The translations under genes were made by a program, and so were the position numbers. A stretch of DNA of 64,000 bases from an uncultured archaeon (GTDB lineage Archaea > Asgardarchaeota > Thorarchaeia > Thorarchaeales > Thorarchaeaceae): positions 64,001-128,000 of the forward strand of contig CAZLEV010000008.1 in assembly GCA_964558645.1 (NCBI GenBank), written 5' to 3'. Position 1 is the stretch's first letter, and every line of letters starts with the position of its first letter. Shown in pieces: positions 10,720-20,007 of this stretch. A model generated the notes under the pieces. It ran no database searches. It saw only the letters and a list, made by a program, of their open reading frames with translations, and was not told the DNA's origin.

Positions 10720-10927
10720 GAGTTACGTCACTTGACTGCGTTCGGAAGTTGTCCCTCTTATCAAGGTTGCTGTGTGTCAATCCGTTTCGACCGACTTTCA
10801 CCGAAAGCATAACCCCTTTATCGCAGCATGACGACAGCTCAGAAAATCGTTTCCTGATATATATGACTAGCGAAATGATAATCGTGTCGATATGAAAATA
10901 GCTGCATGAACGAATAGAAGACTGGAA

Positions 10928-12436
10928 CTACAAGCGTTTCTTGAAGTCATGAACTGCTCTCAGATTGATTGTCAGGTTGGTATCGTGTCCTATCGGGTGC
11001 CCTAGCATTCCGATCTGCGCTGCAATCTCACTCAGAACAAGATCAATGCTCTGATATACTTCTCTCTTCGTAGAATGAGCAAGCTCCGCAACATTACATC
11101 TCATCGATTCGGTCAAGAGCTTGGCCGAACCAGAGCTGTACTGTGTGGCCTTCTTTTCTCTGTTTGCAAGCATAGGGTCAAGTCCCATCTCGGCCGCTAA
11201 CTCCCTGAATATCACTTTCCTCTCTGGCGGGTCATCGGGATGGACTTTGTAACTTGCAGGGATCTGCATCGCTAGTTGAATGAAGCTGCTACTGAGATAT
11301 GGGCAGAAGAGGTCACATCCGCCAAAGGCAACGGCAAGTTCGTCGCGTTCTATATTCTTGTCGTGAGTGGATGATATGTCCTTCCATAGTCTCTGCTCCA
11401 AGGCCTTTTCACCCGCTCTTCTGAAGATGTTCACATATCTCGAGTAGCCTGCGAATAGCTCGTCAGGGCCTTGGCCGGAGATGATGAGTTTCAGGCCGTC
11501 CTTCCTCGCCTGCTTTGAAGCCAGGAGAAATGGTGTCGCTATTTCAATATCCATTCTGTTGGCCCTTTCAATCGCATACACCACCTCTGGAAGAGTCTTC
11601 CAGATCAGCTCTTCGTTCATCTCTATGAATGTGATCGGGCATTCCAGAACTTCTGCAGCTTCTTGAGCAGCATTGTGATCCCTCGCTTCCGATGCGCATG
11701 CCGTATAGAGAGTGACCCTTGAGAATCTCTTCTTTGCCAAGAATGCTACCAGTGAGCTGTCAACACCCCCAGAGAAGAGCACTCCCACCTCACTCCCCGT
11801 GATCTTGTTGAATGATTGTGTTAACTCCCTTCTGAGTTGTCCCTTGTATACAACTGGTTCTCTTGAGTGGTCAACAGGTGGTTGTAGGTCAGGGATTCTC
11901 CATGCCAGGGATATTTCTCCCTCCCAGGTCACGTTCAGAAACTGGCCTGGCTGAATGGTCACGGGTTCGGCTACTCCAAGACTCCAGAGGGCTTTTCGTT
12001 CGGTGGAGAAGAGGATGTTGTTACCCTGTAGCTGATAGTGTATCGGCTTGAATGACAGTCTTGACCGAAGGATGTTCAGGCCCAGAGAATCAAACTTCAG
12101 TACAAGGAGGTCACCAATGTCCGCGAGATGCAATGAGAGTCCCTGGACGCTGCGATCATGAACCTGTGATGGATCAAGTCCCTCTCTGAGAATCTTCAGG
12201 CTGCCCTCCATCGTGTCCCAGCCATCTGCTATCCAAAATCCGCTTGTGCTCTCTCTGACCTCTCCTCTGTGATCTTGAAGCATCTGCAGAGCAATAACGG
12301 CAGTCCTGTCGTGCGGTCCATCCACCCGCATCATCTTGGCTGGTCCACGATGTGAGAGGATACTCTCCACGGAGCCAATCGGAATCTCGTCATCTTCATC
12401 TCGCCCGAGAGGAAAGGCTCCAGTGATGCACACCAT
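10928..12436 (-). CDS. Asparagine synthetase B-like protein (divergent glutaminase domain plus synthetase domain)
   Basis: LSHRGP, FSTERKAL, LFSGGVDSS, SGQGPDELFAGY, KATQYSSG. Confidence 0.8.
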   Translation of the reverse strand: MVCITGAFPLGRDEDDEIPIGSVESILSHRGPAKMMRVDGPHDRTAVIALQMLQDHRGEVRESTSGFWIADGWDTMEGSLKILREGLDPSQVHDRSVQGLSLHLADIGDLLVLKFDSLGLNILRSRLSFKPIHYQLQGNNILFSTERKALWSLGVAEPVTIQPGQFLNVTWEGEISLAWRIPDLQPPVDHSREPVVYKGQLRRELTQSFNKITGSEVGVLFSGGVDSSLVAFLAKKRFSRVTLYTACASEARDHNAAQEAAEVLECPITFIEMNEELIWKTLPEVVYAIERANRMDIEIATPFLLASKQARKDGLKLIISGQGPDELFAGYSRYVNIFRRAGEKALEQRLWKDISSTHDKNIERDELAVAFGGCDLFCPYLSSSFIQLAMQIPASYKVHPDDPPERKVIFRELAAEMGLDPMLANREKKATQYSSGSAKLLTESMRCNVAELAHSTKREVYQSIDLVLSEIAAQIGMLGHPIGHDTNLTINLRAVHDFKKRL

Positions 12437-12528
12437 TCTCTGTATCGTCCTCTAGTCCTCATAGAAAGGAACGTATAGATCCTTGCTAGCAGACTGTCAT
12501 TCTTGACAAGCTGATAAATGAATCGGGA

Positions 12529-12948
12529 TTACCCAGAAACAGGCACATCGCGAAGGACAACCTTCTGAACTCCCGTTATCCCTTTCATCTTTTCCCTAAG
12601 CTTCTCAAGATCCATCTCCAGCTGCTGAGGTGTGAAATAGCATTCATAGTAGCACTGACTTGCTGATTGACATATCCCGCTCGTGAAGAGGATGTCCTCG
12701 AGTCCAGCACCTTCGAAAATCAGTGTCAGCTCCTCGAGAAAGCTCTTGCTCAGTTTGTCTATCTCGAGTTTGAGGTAGAGTACCTTGTCACTGTCAACGG
12801 GATATAACTTGACGTTCTTGTCCTTCATGACCAGGATGGCAAGACCGTATGGTTGACCAATCCCCTCTACGAAATCCGCGGGCAGCGTGATTGCGTTTCC
12901 CTTTTCTATTTTCATAACCCTTGCTTGTGTCATATCTGCCTTGGTCAT
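12529..12948 (-). CDS. Hypothetical protein, AbrB-like N-terminus plus ACT-like C-terminus (possible regulator)
   Basis: KIEKGNAITLPADF resembles AbrB/MazE; C-terminal half has ferredoxin-like ACT periodicity ending ITGVQKV. Confidence 0.45.
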   Translation of the reverse strand: MTKADMTQARVMKIEKGNAITLPADFVEGIGQPYGLAILVMKDKNVKLYPVDSDKVLYLKLEIDKLSKSFLEELTLIFEGAGLEDILFTSGICQSASQCYYECYFTPQQLEMDLEKLREKMKGITGVQKVVLRDVPVSG

Positions 12949-13027
12949 CTTGTTCCTTCTCCAGACTGAGGATAAACGTCATTGTCCTGTGATGATTATA
13001 TTTCTTGTGGGCAACTGGTTTGGCTAG

Positions 13028-14572
13028 TTATGACTTCCTTCTGAACCAACCCATTATCTCTCCTATCACGCCCCTATCCGGTTTTCTGAGTGTATGAAGC
13101 CTCCACTTATGTTTGTCAGGTTCGTAATACTCAAGAAAAGCACAGCCATCATCATCCTTCATTCTCTCCATCTCTTGGAGGCGTCCCATCAACCAAGCCT
13201 TTCTTGTTATCGGAACGTTGGAAGTGGTCATGTCGAAGAGATGCGGGTGTAAATCGAATACCAGGGCTCTTTCACTCATATACTCAAGTACACCCTGCGT
13301 GAGTGCCTCACTGATTGTCTCCCGATTTGTGTAGAATGATGCCGCCACTGACATGTTTGGGTGTTTCTCAGGAATATTCAGAGCGAACTTAAAAGAGCGA
13401 TTGAACTTTGAGAGGTGTGTTGCAGCATCGATAAAGAGAATGGTCTCGGGCTTCCCCTCGAATTCATCTTCTAATACTTCTGTTTCTACTCCTGTCAAAC
13501 GATCTTGGTCTTCTCTTTCTAACTCTCCATGGATGTCGCCAATCTCATCGTCCTCGATTACATCATCTCCGCGAGAATCTTTCTTTACTTCTGCTTCAGC
13601 GGCTGTTGGAGCCTTTCTCCTTCTCAGGTGAGGCGGTACATAGCCTACCTCTTCAACAAGATGCTGCAATATTAATGGTAGAAAGAGATCATAGAGTGTC
13701 CCTCTGGTTTCTGTGATCAGTAAGACAGGTTTGAAGGTCTCAACTGCCTCCTGAATTCCGGACTTGTATTTCGAGTCCTCGTCAAAGAATTTTCTCAGGT
13801 TCTCAACAGAGTAGCCCTCCTGTACCCGTGTCTCCCACTCCTCATATACTTCCTTCACTTCTTGCTTTCTTCGGTCCTTGAGGAGTCCCATGAACTTGCC
13901 GAGATACTTGACGCCTCTCGATACGGCAACTGTCGGACTGATGAATACAGTCATGAGGCCTACTGCCTCTCCTGCATATTCGCTGGCCTCAGTGCTTCTT
14001 ATCTTTCCCATGACTTCCTCTGTTAGAGAAGGAGGACCAAGCTTTTCGACCAGAACCTCATGCATTCCCTCAAAGTTCTCAAAGGACGCATCTGCAGGGC
14101 CTATGTCTTCCCCGACCGGGGATGCATCTGACAACACTTCGGCAAACACATTAGGTCGTTTTATCAACCATGCAAGAGGTATCCTGAAAGTCTGGTATCT
14201 GTGCAACCATTCGCGGTCTGAGTCCTTCGGTCCGAAATAGAACTTTTCAGCGTCAGGAAATGAATCGTCAAAGAGCTCCATGAACTGGTGGAATCCTTTT
14301 GGGGTGCTAAGCCCCATCTCAGCACTCTCTAACGAGTCCACCACGAAGACAAGTCCTGATTCTTTCTTCTTTGTGATCGAGGCCATAGTAAGCATGACCT
14401 GTTTGGGTGAGAGGTATAATAGATCGCTCTCTGCATAGGGTGCATCATAGAATGAAAATATCCCCAATCTCTTCCAAGGTCTATCCCGAAGCTTCTCGTG
14501 TGCCAAGTACGAGAACCACTCGTATCCACGCTTGTATCTGGGTATACTCATATCGATTTCAGACTCAGTCAT
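13028..14572 (-). CDS. Hypothetical protein, possibly a degenerate HerA/VirB4-like ATPase fold
   Basis: 514-aa ORF; ILFIDAATHL resembles Walker B hhhhDEAH; no Walker A. Confidence 0.5.
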   Translation of the reverse strand: MTESEIDMSIPRYKRGYEWFSYLAHEKLRDRPWKRLGIFSFYDAPYAESDLLYLSPKQVMLTMASITKKKESGLVFVVDSLESAEMGLSTPKGFHQFMELFDDSFPDAEKFYFGPKDSDREWLHRYQTFRIPLAWLIKRPNVFAEVLSDASPVGEDIGPADASFENFEGMHEVLVEKLGPPSLTEEVMGKIRSTEASEYAGEAVGLMTVFISPTVAVSRGVKYLGKFMGLLKDRRKQEVKEVYEEWETRVQEGYSVENLRKFFDEDSKYKSGIQEAVETFKPVLLITETRGTLYDLFLPLILQHLVEEVGYVPPHLRRRKAPTAAEAEVKKDSRGDDVIEDDEIGDIHGELEREDQDRLTGVETEVLEDEFEGKPETILFIDAATHLSKFNRSFKFALNIPEKHPNMSVAASFYTNRETISEALTQGVLEYMSERALVFDLHPHLFDMTTSNVPITRKAWLMGRLQEMERMKDDDGCAFLEYYEPDKHKWRLHTLRKPDRGVIGEIMGWFRRKS

Positions 14573-14680
14573 CTAATAGCCTCTCAATGTCATACACTTG
14601 GGTAGTGACTCAATCAACGCCACGTTGAGCGATTGTCCATATGAATCTTGGCCACATACTGAGTGGTTCTGAAACGGTCC

Positions 14681-15916
14681 TCAATCCATCTTTACAGACA
14701 GAACGGCAACGACAAGCACCCCAACAATAAGGGCCGCGACTAGCACGACACGCCAGTCTATCAGGACTGGTGCTGGATTGTTTGGGTCTTCAACAGCAAG
14801 CAGCACATTGGGATTCTGTCCGAGCAGTTTCAGAGACCAAATTGCTGGACCGATGTTCACCGTGTTCCCAACTTCCCGTCCGGGAGTGAAACCCCAGCTC
14901 CCGTCGGCCGATTGGCAATCGAGTATGAAATCGACTGCAATGGACTTGTTCACTTGACTGTCTACCGCATCTAGAGCATCAAGGGCAAGCAGTGCATAGT
15001 AGGTGCTCATGATGTTTGTATCGTTCGTGTTGACTCCCTCGGTGAAGCCTCCAATGTACTGGTTGCTTAGAGGCGTCTGTACCTGTAGGTCTCCAATCCA
15101 GTTTACAATATCCTGAATATCGTCTGAAATCTGAGGCAGCGCATTGAGGATCTCCAGAGAAAGAAGGGCTGATGCTGTTGCTGTAACCCCGCTTACCTTG
15201 CTTTCCGGGGTTGGCTTGAACGCGTCGCCTTCTCGGCAGCTCAGAATCCAGTCCACTGTTGCTGTAGCATTCGGCAACCATACATCCCATGTCTGTTCTG
15301 GTGAATCTTCGCTGATTGCTTCAAGAATATCTCTCATTGTTGCAAGAGCGTGATAAGTTGCAAGCATCGTCGAGTCTTCGCCCTCACTTGATCCGAAGCC
15401 GCCATTTTCATTGTGCGTCTTGTTGACATATACTAGTGTAGCTGTCAGATTGAGTGAAACCGCCTTCATCCCTGGAATATCATCGTGTTGACTCAGAATG
15501 AACCATGTCTGAATACCAGTGAATGTCGAATGGATGTCATATGAACCCGCGATGAAGCTTGCCATGCTTCCATACTGGTCATCGGTTTCATCCAGTGCAC
15601 GTATCCACTGAAGCTTCTGTGTGAAGTTCTTCATCCTCACAAGGTCAAATGCTGGGGGCCTTGCGGCAAAGTAGCCCATTTCGTTTAGTGCCAGTGCGGC
15701 TGAATATGTTGGTTCATTGCGGGATAATGTTTCGCCCACTCTTCTGAAAGCCCGCTCACCTTTCTCGTCGTATCTGTCAACGAGGAATGCATAGAGTGAT
15801 TCCAGTCGGGTTCCGGGATTGGCCGCTGCGGGTTGAACTGCCAGCGCCATCACAACCAGAGCTATTGCTACAGTGATGCCTGCTATTCGTGCCTTCTTCA
15901 TATGGACTACCTTCAC
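14681..15916 (-). CDS. Secreted, C-terminally anchored prenyltransferase/squalene-cyclase-repeat protein
   Basis: Signal peptide (KK..hydrophobic..AAA); repeats NGGF, GGF..STYYALLAL, CQSADGSWG; C-terminal TM helix. Confidence 0.75.
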   Translation of the reverse strand: MKVVHMKKARIAGITVAIALVVMALAVQPAAANPGTRLESLYAFLVDRYDEKGERAFRRVGETLSRNEPTYSAALALNEMGYFAARPPAFDLVRMKNFTQKLQWIRALDETDDQYGSMASFIAGSYDIHSTFTGIQTWFILSQHDDIPGMKAVSLNLTATLVYVNKTHNENGGFGSSEGEDSTMLATYHALATMRDILEAISEDSPEQTWDVWLPNATATVDWILSCREGDAFKPTPESKVSGVTATASALLSLEILNALPQISDDIQDIVNWIGDLQVQTPLSNQYIGGFTEGVNTNDTNIMSTYYALLALDALDAVDSQVNKSIAVDFILDCQSADGSWGFTPGREVGNTVNIGPAIWSLKLLGQNPNVLLAVEDPNNPAPVLIDWRVVLVAALIVGVLVVAVLSVKMD

Positions 15917-15988
15917 TCAAAGCTCTACGTTTTCAGCCTCGGACAGGGGCACGGTTATTAACGTTTCCCCAAGAGAAGAAACGTACGA

Positions 15989-16951
15989 CTACGCATAGCC
16001 ACGAGGAGAGTCATCAAGACAGTACCTCTTTATGTATGTATACGCTGAGTCCGCTGCGATTGCACCTGTACCGGTGGCAACAACAATCTGCTTCATGGAT
16101 TCTATGACATCTCCCGCAGCAAAGACACCTGCTATGTTTGTGGCTTGTTTGTCGTCAACTAGGATCTCTCCTCTCTTGTTAGTCTTAACTCCAATATCTC
16201 GTGCAAGCTTGCTCTCAGGATTGGAGCCGAGTGCCACGAATGCACCATCCACCCGCAGTTCTCGTGTTTCCTCGGTCTTTACATTTTGGAGGACAATCGT
16301 GTCAAGAACATCAGCACCCCTGAACTCCTTGGCGATGGTGTCCCAGAGGATTTCAACGTCACTGTTGAAGATAATTTCTTGGAGGGCGGAGTCAGCTCTA
16401 AGCTCATTACGTCTGTGAATGAGATAGGTTGTCTGTGTCAAGTCCGCCAGATAGACTGCCTCGGTCACAGCTGTATTTCCGCCACCAATGACTGCTACAG
16501 TCTTGTCACGGAAGAGTGGGCCATCACAAGTTGCACAATATGATACCCCTCTACCTGTGAGCTCGGCCTCACCAGGGATATTGAGTTTCCGATGTCCTCC
16601 CCCGGTGGCGATGATGATTGCCTTCGCATGGTAGTTCCCTCTGCGAGTCTCAAGAATGAAGTCCTCTCCGACCTCCTCAGGTGCTATTATCTTCTTGACT
16701 TCGGTTATCTCTCTGATTCCGGCGCCGCACTTCTTCACCTGCTCCTTCATTCTGTTGGCCAGTTCTATTCCGGTGATGAAATTGAAACCGGGGTAGTTCT
16801 CGATTCCCGGACTCGTTGCCTGCGCTCCACCAAGTACTTTCTCTTCCACAAGCAGAGTCTTGAGACCGTATCTCGCTCCGTAGATGGCGGATGTCATCCC
16901 TGCTGGTCCACCACCGACAACAATCAATTCCCAATTCAGGTCTTCAGTCAT
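15989..16951 (-). CDS. trxB: Thioredoxin reductase
   Basis: GGGPAG, GRGVSYCATCDG, GGGNTA, FAAGD. Confidence 0.95.
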   Translation of the reverse strand: MTEDLNWELIVVGGGPAGMTSAIYGARYGLKTLLVEEKVLGGAQATSPGIENYPGFNFITGIELANRMKEQVKKCGAGIREITEVKKIIAPEEVGEDFILETRRGNYHAKAIIIATGGGHRKLNIPGEAELTGRGVSYCATCDGPLFRDKTVAVIGGGNTAVTEAVYLADLTQTTYLIHRRNELRADSALQEIIFNSDVEILWDTIAKEFRGADVLDTIVLQNVKTEETRELRVDGAFVALGSNPESKLARDIGVKTNKRGEILVDDKQATNIAGVFAAGDVIESMKQIVVATGTGAIAADSAYTYIKRYCLDDSPRGYA

Positions 16952-17006
16952 GCTTGGTCCTCCGATGCGCTATCCATCTTTAAACTACTCTACTCATTTC
17001 TTTCGG

Positions 17007-17858
17007 TCATGGGGTGAACACTTCTTCAATGTCCGAGTCGGACAGTCCCACTTCGGGTTTAAGTTCGTACCGCTTCTCCGGTAGGAGGAGGTCGGCAATC
17101 CTAGAAAAAGTGACCTCACGAATTGGGGCATTACCACGGTGGGTGAGAAAGGCTGCCTTTCTGATCTTCTCAGGATTATAGATAAACATCTGACCGGGTC
17201 CTACAGCAAATACCTTGTCAACACGGCCCAGTCCCTCCCACGGCCATACTGAATCATTGAAAGACTCGATGACGACCGTGTCCGAAATCTTCTCAATTGC
17301 CGCGAAAGACGCATTGACGGTGTCCTCAAAGAGCTCTCTCTCGATATCTTGTGCTCTCTCGAGACTCGCGACAGGAAGACAGTCCTCGCCATCAACAAGG
17401 TGTTTCGTTTCAGCATGGGTCAGCAGTATAGACTGGTTGTCGATGAGCTGTTTCGCCACCAGGAAGATTGAATCAAGCTCACCATTGTCAGGTCTTGTGA
17501 AGCGTTGGATACCGAAGAAAGCGTCCCATCCTGCCAGGCCGAGCGTACTGAAGTATGTCCTACCGGGTCGTTCGATGTTGGATGGTACCCAGAGGGTATG
17601 GACGGGGTTGGCAACCTGTATTGGGACGCGTGAGTCGATTTCCTGTCTTGTTCTCACAGCGTCGTAAGATACGAGTTGTCTTTCCTGGATGCAGTCTTTG
17701 GTATGCTCATATCGGTACCAGTAATTGTGGCCACTTACCGGTTTGAAGTACTCGACTTCTCGGCCCTTACCTCTCAAAGCCCCGCACAGCTGTATGGCCA
17801 GCTTGGTCTTACCTGAGTCGAATGTGTTGATCCCCAGTATCAGGATTCTTGTTACCAA
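17007..17858 (-). CDS. Archaeal predicted P-loop ATPase/GTPase (dethiobiotin-synthetase-like, COG4028-type)
   Basis: GINTFDSGKT, FKPVSGHNYW, NPV, VIESFND. Confidence 0.7.
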   Translation of the reverse strand: MVTRILILGINTFDSGKTKLAIQLCGALRGKGREVEYFKPVSGHNYWYRYEHTKDCIQERQLVSYDAVRTRQEIDSRVPIQVANPVHTLWVPSNIERPGRTYFSTLGLAGWDAFFGIQRFTRPDNGELDSIFLVAKQLIDNQSILLTHAETKHLVDGEDCLPVASLERAQDIERELFEDTVNASFAAIEKISDTVVIESFNDSVWPWEGLGRVDKVFAVGPGQMFIYNPEKIRKAAFLTHRGNAPIREVTFSRIADLLLPEKRYELKPEVGLSDSDIEEVFTP

Positions 17859-17874
17859 AAGCTATACCTCTGAG

Positions 17875-17910
17875 AAAAAGAAGTGAGTGGGAGCCTAGAG
17901 AGGCTCCGCT
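17875..17910 (-). terminator. Hairpin plus U-tract terminator after the thermosome gene
   Basis: GGAGCCT-agag-AGGCTCC (17890-17907), followed on the minus strand by TTCTTTTT. Confidence 0.6.
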
Positions 17911-17924
17911 GTTTGTATTTGGTA

Positions 17925-19598
17925 TTACATCATGCCGGGCATGCCGCCCATGCCACCCATACCGCCCATACCACCCATGCCACCTGGACCGCCTGCACCT
18001 GGCGGAGGTCCTGAGGTTGCCTTAGCTGCGATGACATCATCAATCCTGAGAATCATCTGTGCGGCCTCAGCAGCTGAGCGAATCGCCTGCTGCTTAACAC
18101 GTGCGGGTTCGATAACGCCCTCTTTCATCATGTCCTTGGTCTTGCCTTGGAGGACTTCGACGCCGTACCAGAGCCCGGTCTCTTTGGCGTGTTCTTTGTT
18201 GAGCTCGGCAATGATGTCGATTGGATCATGCCCGCCATTCTCTGCAAGTGTCTTGGGTACAACACGAAGGGCCTCTGCAAATGCTTCTATGGCCAGCTGT
18301 TCGCGACCTTCGACCTTATCTGCGAATCTCTCCAAACGTCTTGCAATCTCGGCTTCAACAGATCCCCCACCGCCAACGTAAGTGGCATCTTCGACGACAT
18401 TCCGTACAACGCAGAGTGCATCATGGATTGCTCTCTCTGCCTCATCGACGACATGTTCAGTTCCACCACGAATGACTATTGACACCGCTTTCGGGTCTGC
18501 ACATTCTCTCACATAGACAAGCTTATCGTCGCCAATTCTGACCTCTTCAACAATCCCTGCTTCACCGAGGATATCAGCGTCGAGTTCATCGAGGCTTGAG
18601 GCTATCTTGCCGCCTGTGGCCTTTGCTAGCTTCTCAAGTGTGCTCTTCTTGGCTCGTCGGATGGTGAGAACGCCTGCCTTGGCCAAGAAATGCTGGGCAA
18701 CGTCATCAACGCCCTTCTGGCATATGAGAACGTTGGCTCCAATATTGACGATATCGTCAACCATCTTCTTCAGCATTCGCTCTTCTTGGTCAAGGAATGC
18801 CTGAATCTGGTCCGGATTGTCAATCTTGATCTCCGCGTCAAACTCGGTCTTTTCGACCTCAATAGCAGAATTGATCAGAGCAATCTTCGCATCTGCGACC
18901 TTTCTGGGCATTGAGGCATGAACTATCTCTTTGTCAATGACCATTCCATTGACGAGTTCTGTTTCTCGAAGGCTCTTGCCCTGCTTCTTGATGACTTCAA
19001 TCATATCAATATCTGCCTCAGTCCTGCCATCGATTTCTTCAGCAATCTGCAGAACTGCCTCAACAGCGATATCGGCAAAGTGGTCTTTCTCGCCCACAAT
19101 CGACTTGCTGTTCATTGATGTTGACGCTATCTCTTTCAAGATCTTCTTGTCCATGCCTTCCATGGAAACTGAGATTTCGTTGAGAATCCTTGTTGCCTCT
19201 TCAGCAGCTTTCTGGTAGCCACCCACTAGAATTGTGGGATGAATCTTCTTCTCTAACAATGACTGTGCTCTCTTGAGCAGCTCTCCTGCGATTACCACTG
19301 AAGTTGTAGTTCCGTCACCAGTTTCCTGGTCTTGGCTCTTGGCAACTTCAACAAGCATCTTGGCTGCTGGATGCTGAACATCGATCTCCTTCAGTATTGA
19401 CGCACCATCGTTGGTGATTGTGACATCACCGAGTGAGTCAACAAGCATCTTATCCATTCCTCGGGGTCCGAGGGTGGATTTGACAGCATCAGAGATTACT
19501 ATGCCAGCCATTATGTTATTCTCTTGTGCGGACTTTCCGCGGGAACGCTGAGTCCCCTCTTTCAATATTAGAATCGGTTGTCCTGACATTTGTGCCAT
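17925..19598 (-). CDS. ths: Thermosome (group II chaperonin) subunit
   Basis: [30 protein letters not shown]-rich tail. Confidence 0.97.
   Translation of the reverse strand: MAQMSGQPILILKEGTQRSRGKSAQENNIMAGIVISDAVKSTLGPRGMDKMLVDSLGDVTITNDGASILKEIDVQHPAAKMLVEVAKSQDQETGDGTTTSVVIAGELLKRAQSLLEKKIHPTILVGGYQKAAEEATRILNEISVSMEGMDKKILKEIASTSMNSKSIVGEKDHFADIAVEAVLQIAEEIDGRTEADIDMIEVIKKQGKSLRETELVNGMVIDKEIVHASMPRKVADAKIALINSAIEVEKTEFDAEIKIDNPDQIQAFLDQEERMLKKMVDDIVNIGANVLICQKGVDDVAQHFLAKAGVLTIRRAKKSTLEKLAKATGGKIASSLDELDADILGEAGIVEEVRIGDDKLVYVRECADPKAVSIVIRGGTEHVVDEAERAIHDALCVVRNVVEDATYVGGGGSVEAEIARRLERFADKVEGREQLAIEAFAEALRVVPKTLAENGGHDPIDIIAELNKEHAKETGLWYGVEVLQGKTKDMMKEGVIEPARVKQQAIRSAAEAAQMILRIDDVIAAKATSGPPPGAGGPGGMGGMGGMGGMGGMPGMM
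17930..17995 (-). repeat. 9-nt coding repeats for the chaperonin GGM tail
   Basis: [17 protein letters not shown]. Confidence 0.8.
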
Positions 19599-20007
19599 TT
19601 GTTTTTCCCCTTTTGTTTCTTCAATTCTTTCTGCGACCTCAAGGCCATCTCACGATGGATTAGGCCGCGGGATTTGTGTTAAAACTGTACATGGACTTCG
19701 GTGGTTTCGCACTTAAAGCTTGTCCTAGCTGAACGCGATTCGGTGAGCATAAATAGTTTGTGAACTGACAGTTGACAGATAGGCGGCAGGGACCTCACTC
19801 AGCTTCATAAGCTCATCTAACAAGAACTGAGGATGACGAGACTTGGCTGTGTCGTACGATGAAGAGTAAGACATGAATCATGCGAACCAGCCAGTCTGGT
19901 CACATATCCTTGTATTACTCTCCTCGACTTTTCACACAGAGCCCCTATACTCGAAGAACTTAAAAGATGTGACTGGCATTTACGCTTAGTTGATGGTATG
20001 GAGATGA

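Noticed and set aside
17932-19218. Antisense ORFs over the thermosome and other conserved genes
   Set aside because: Shadow frames produced by codon bias of the real gene.
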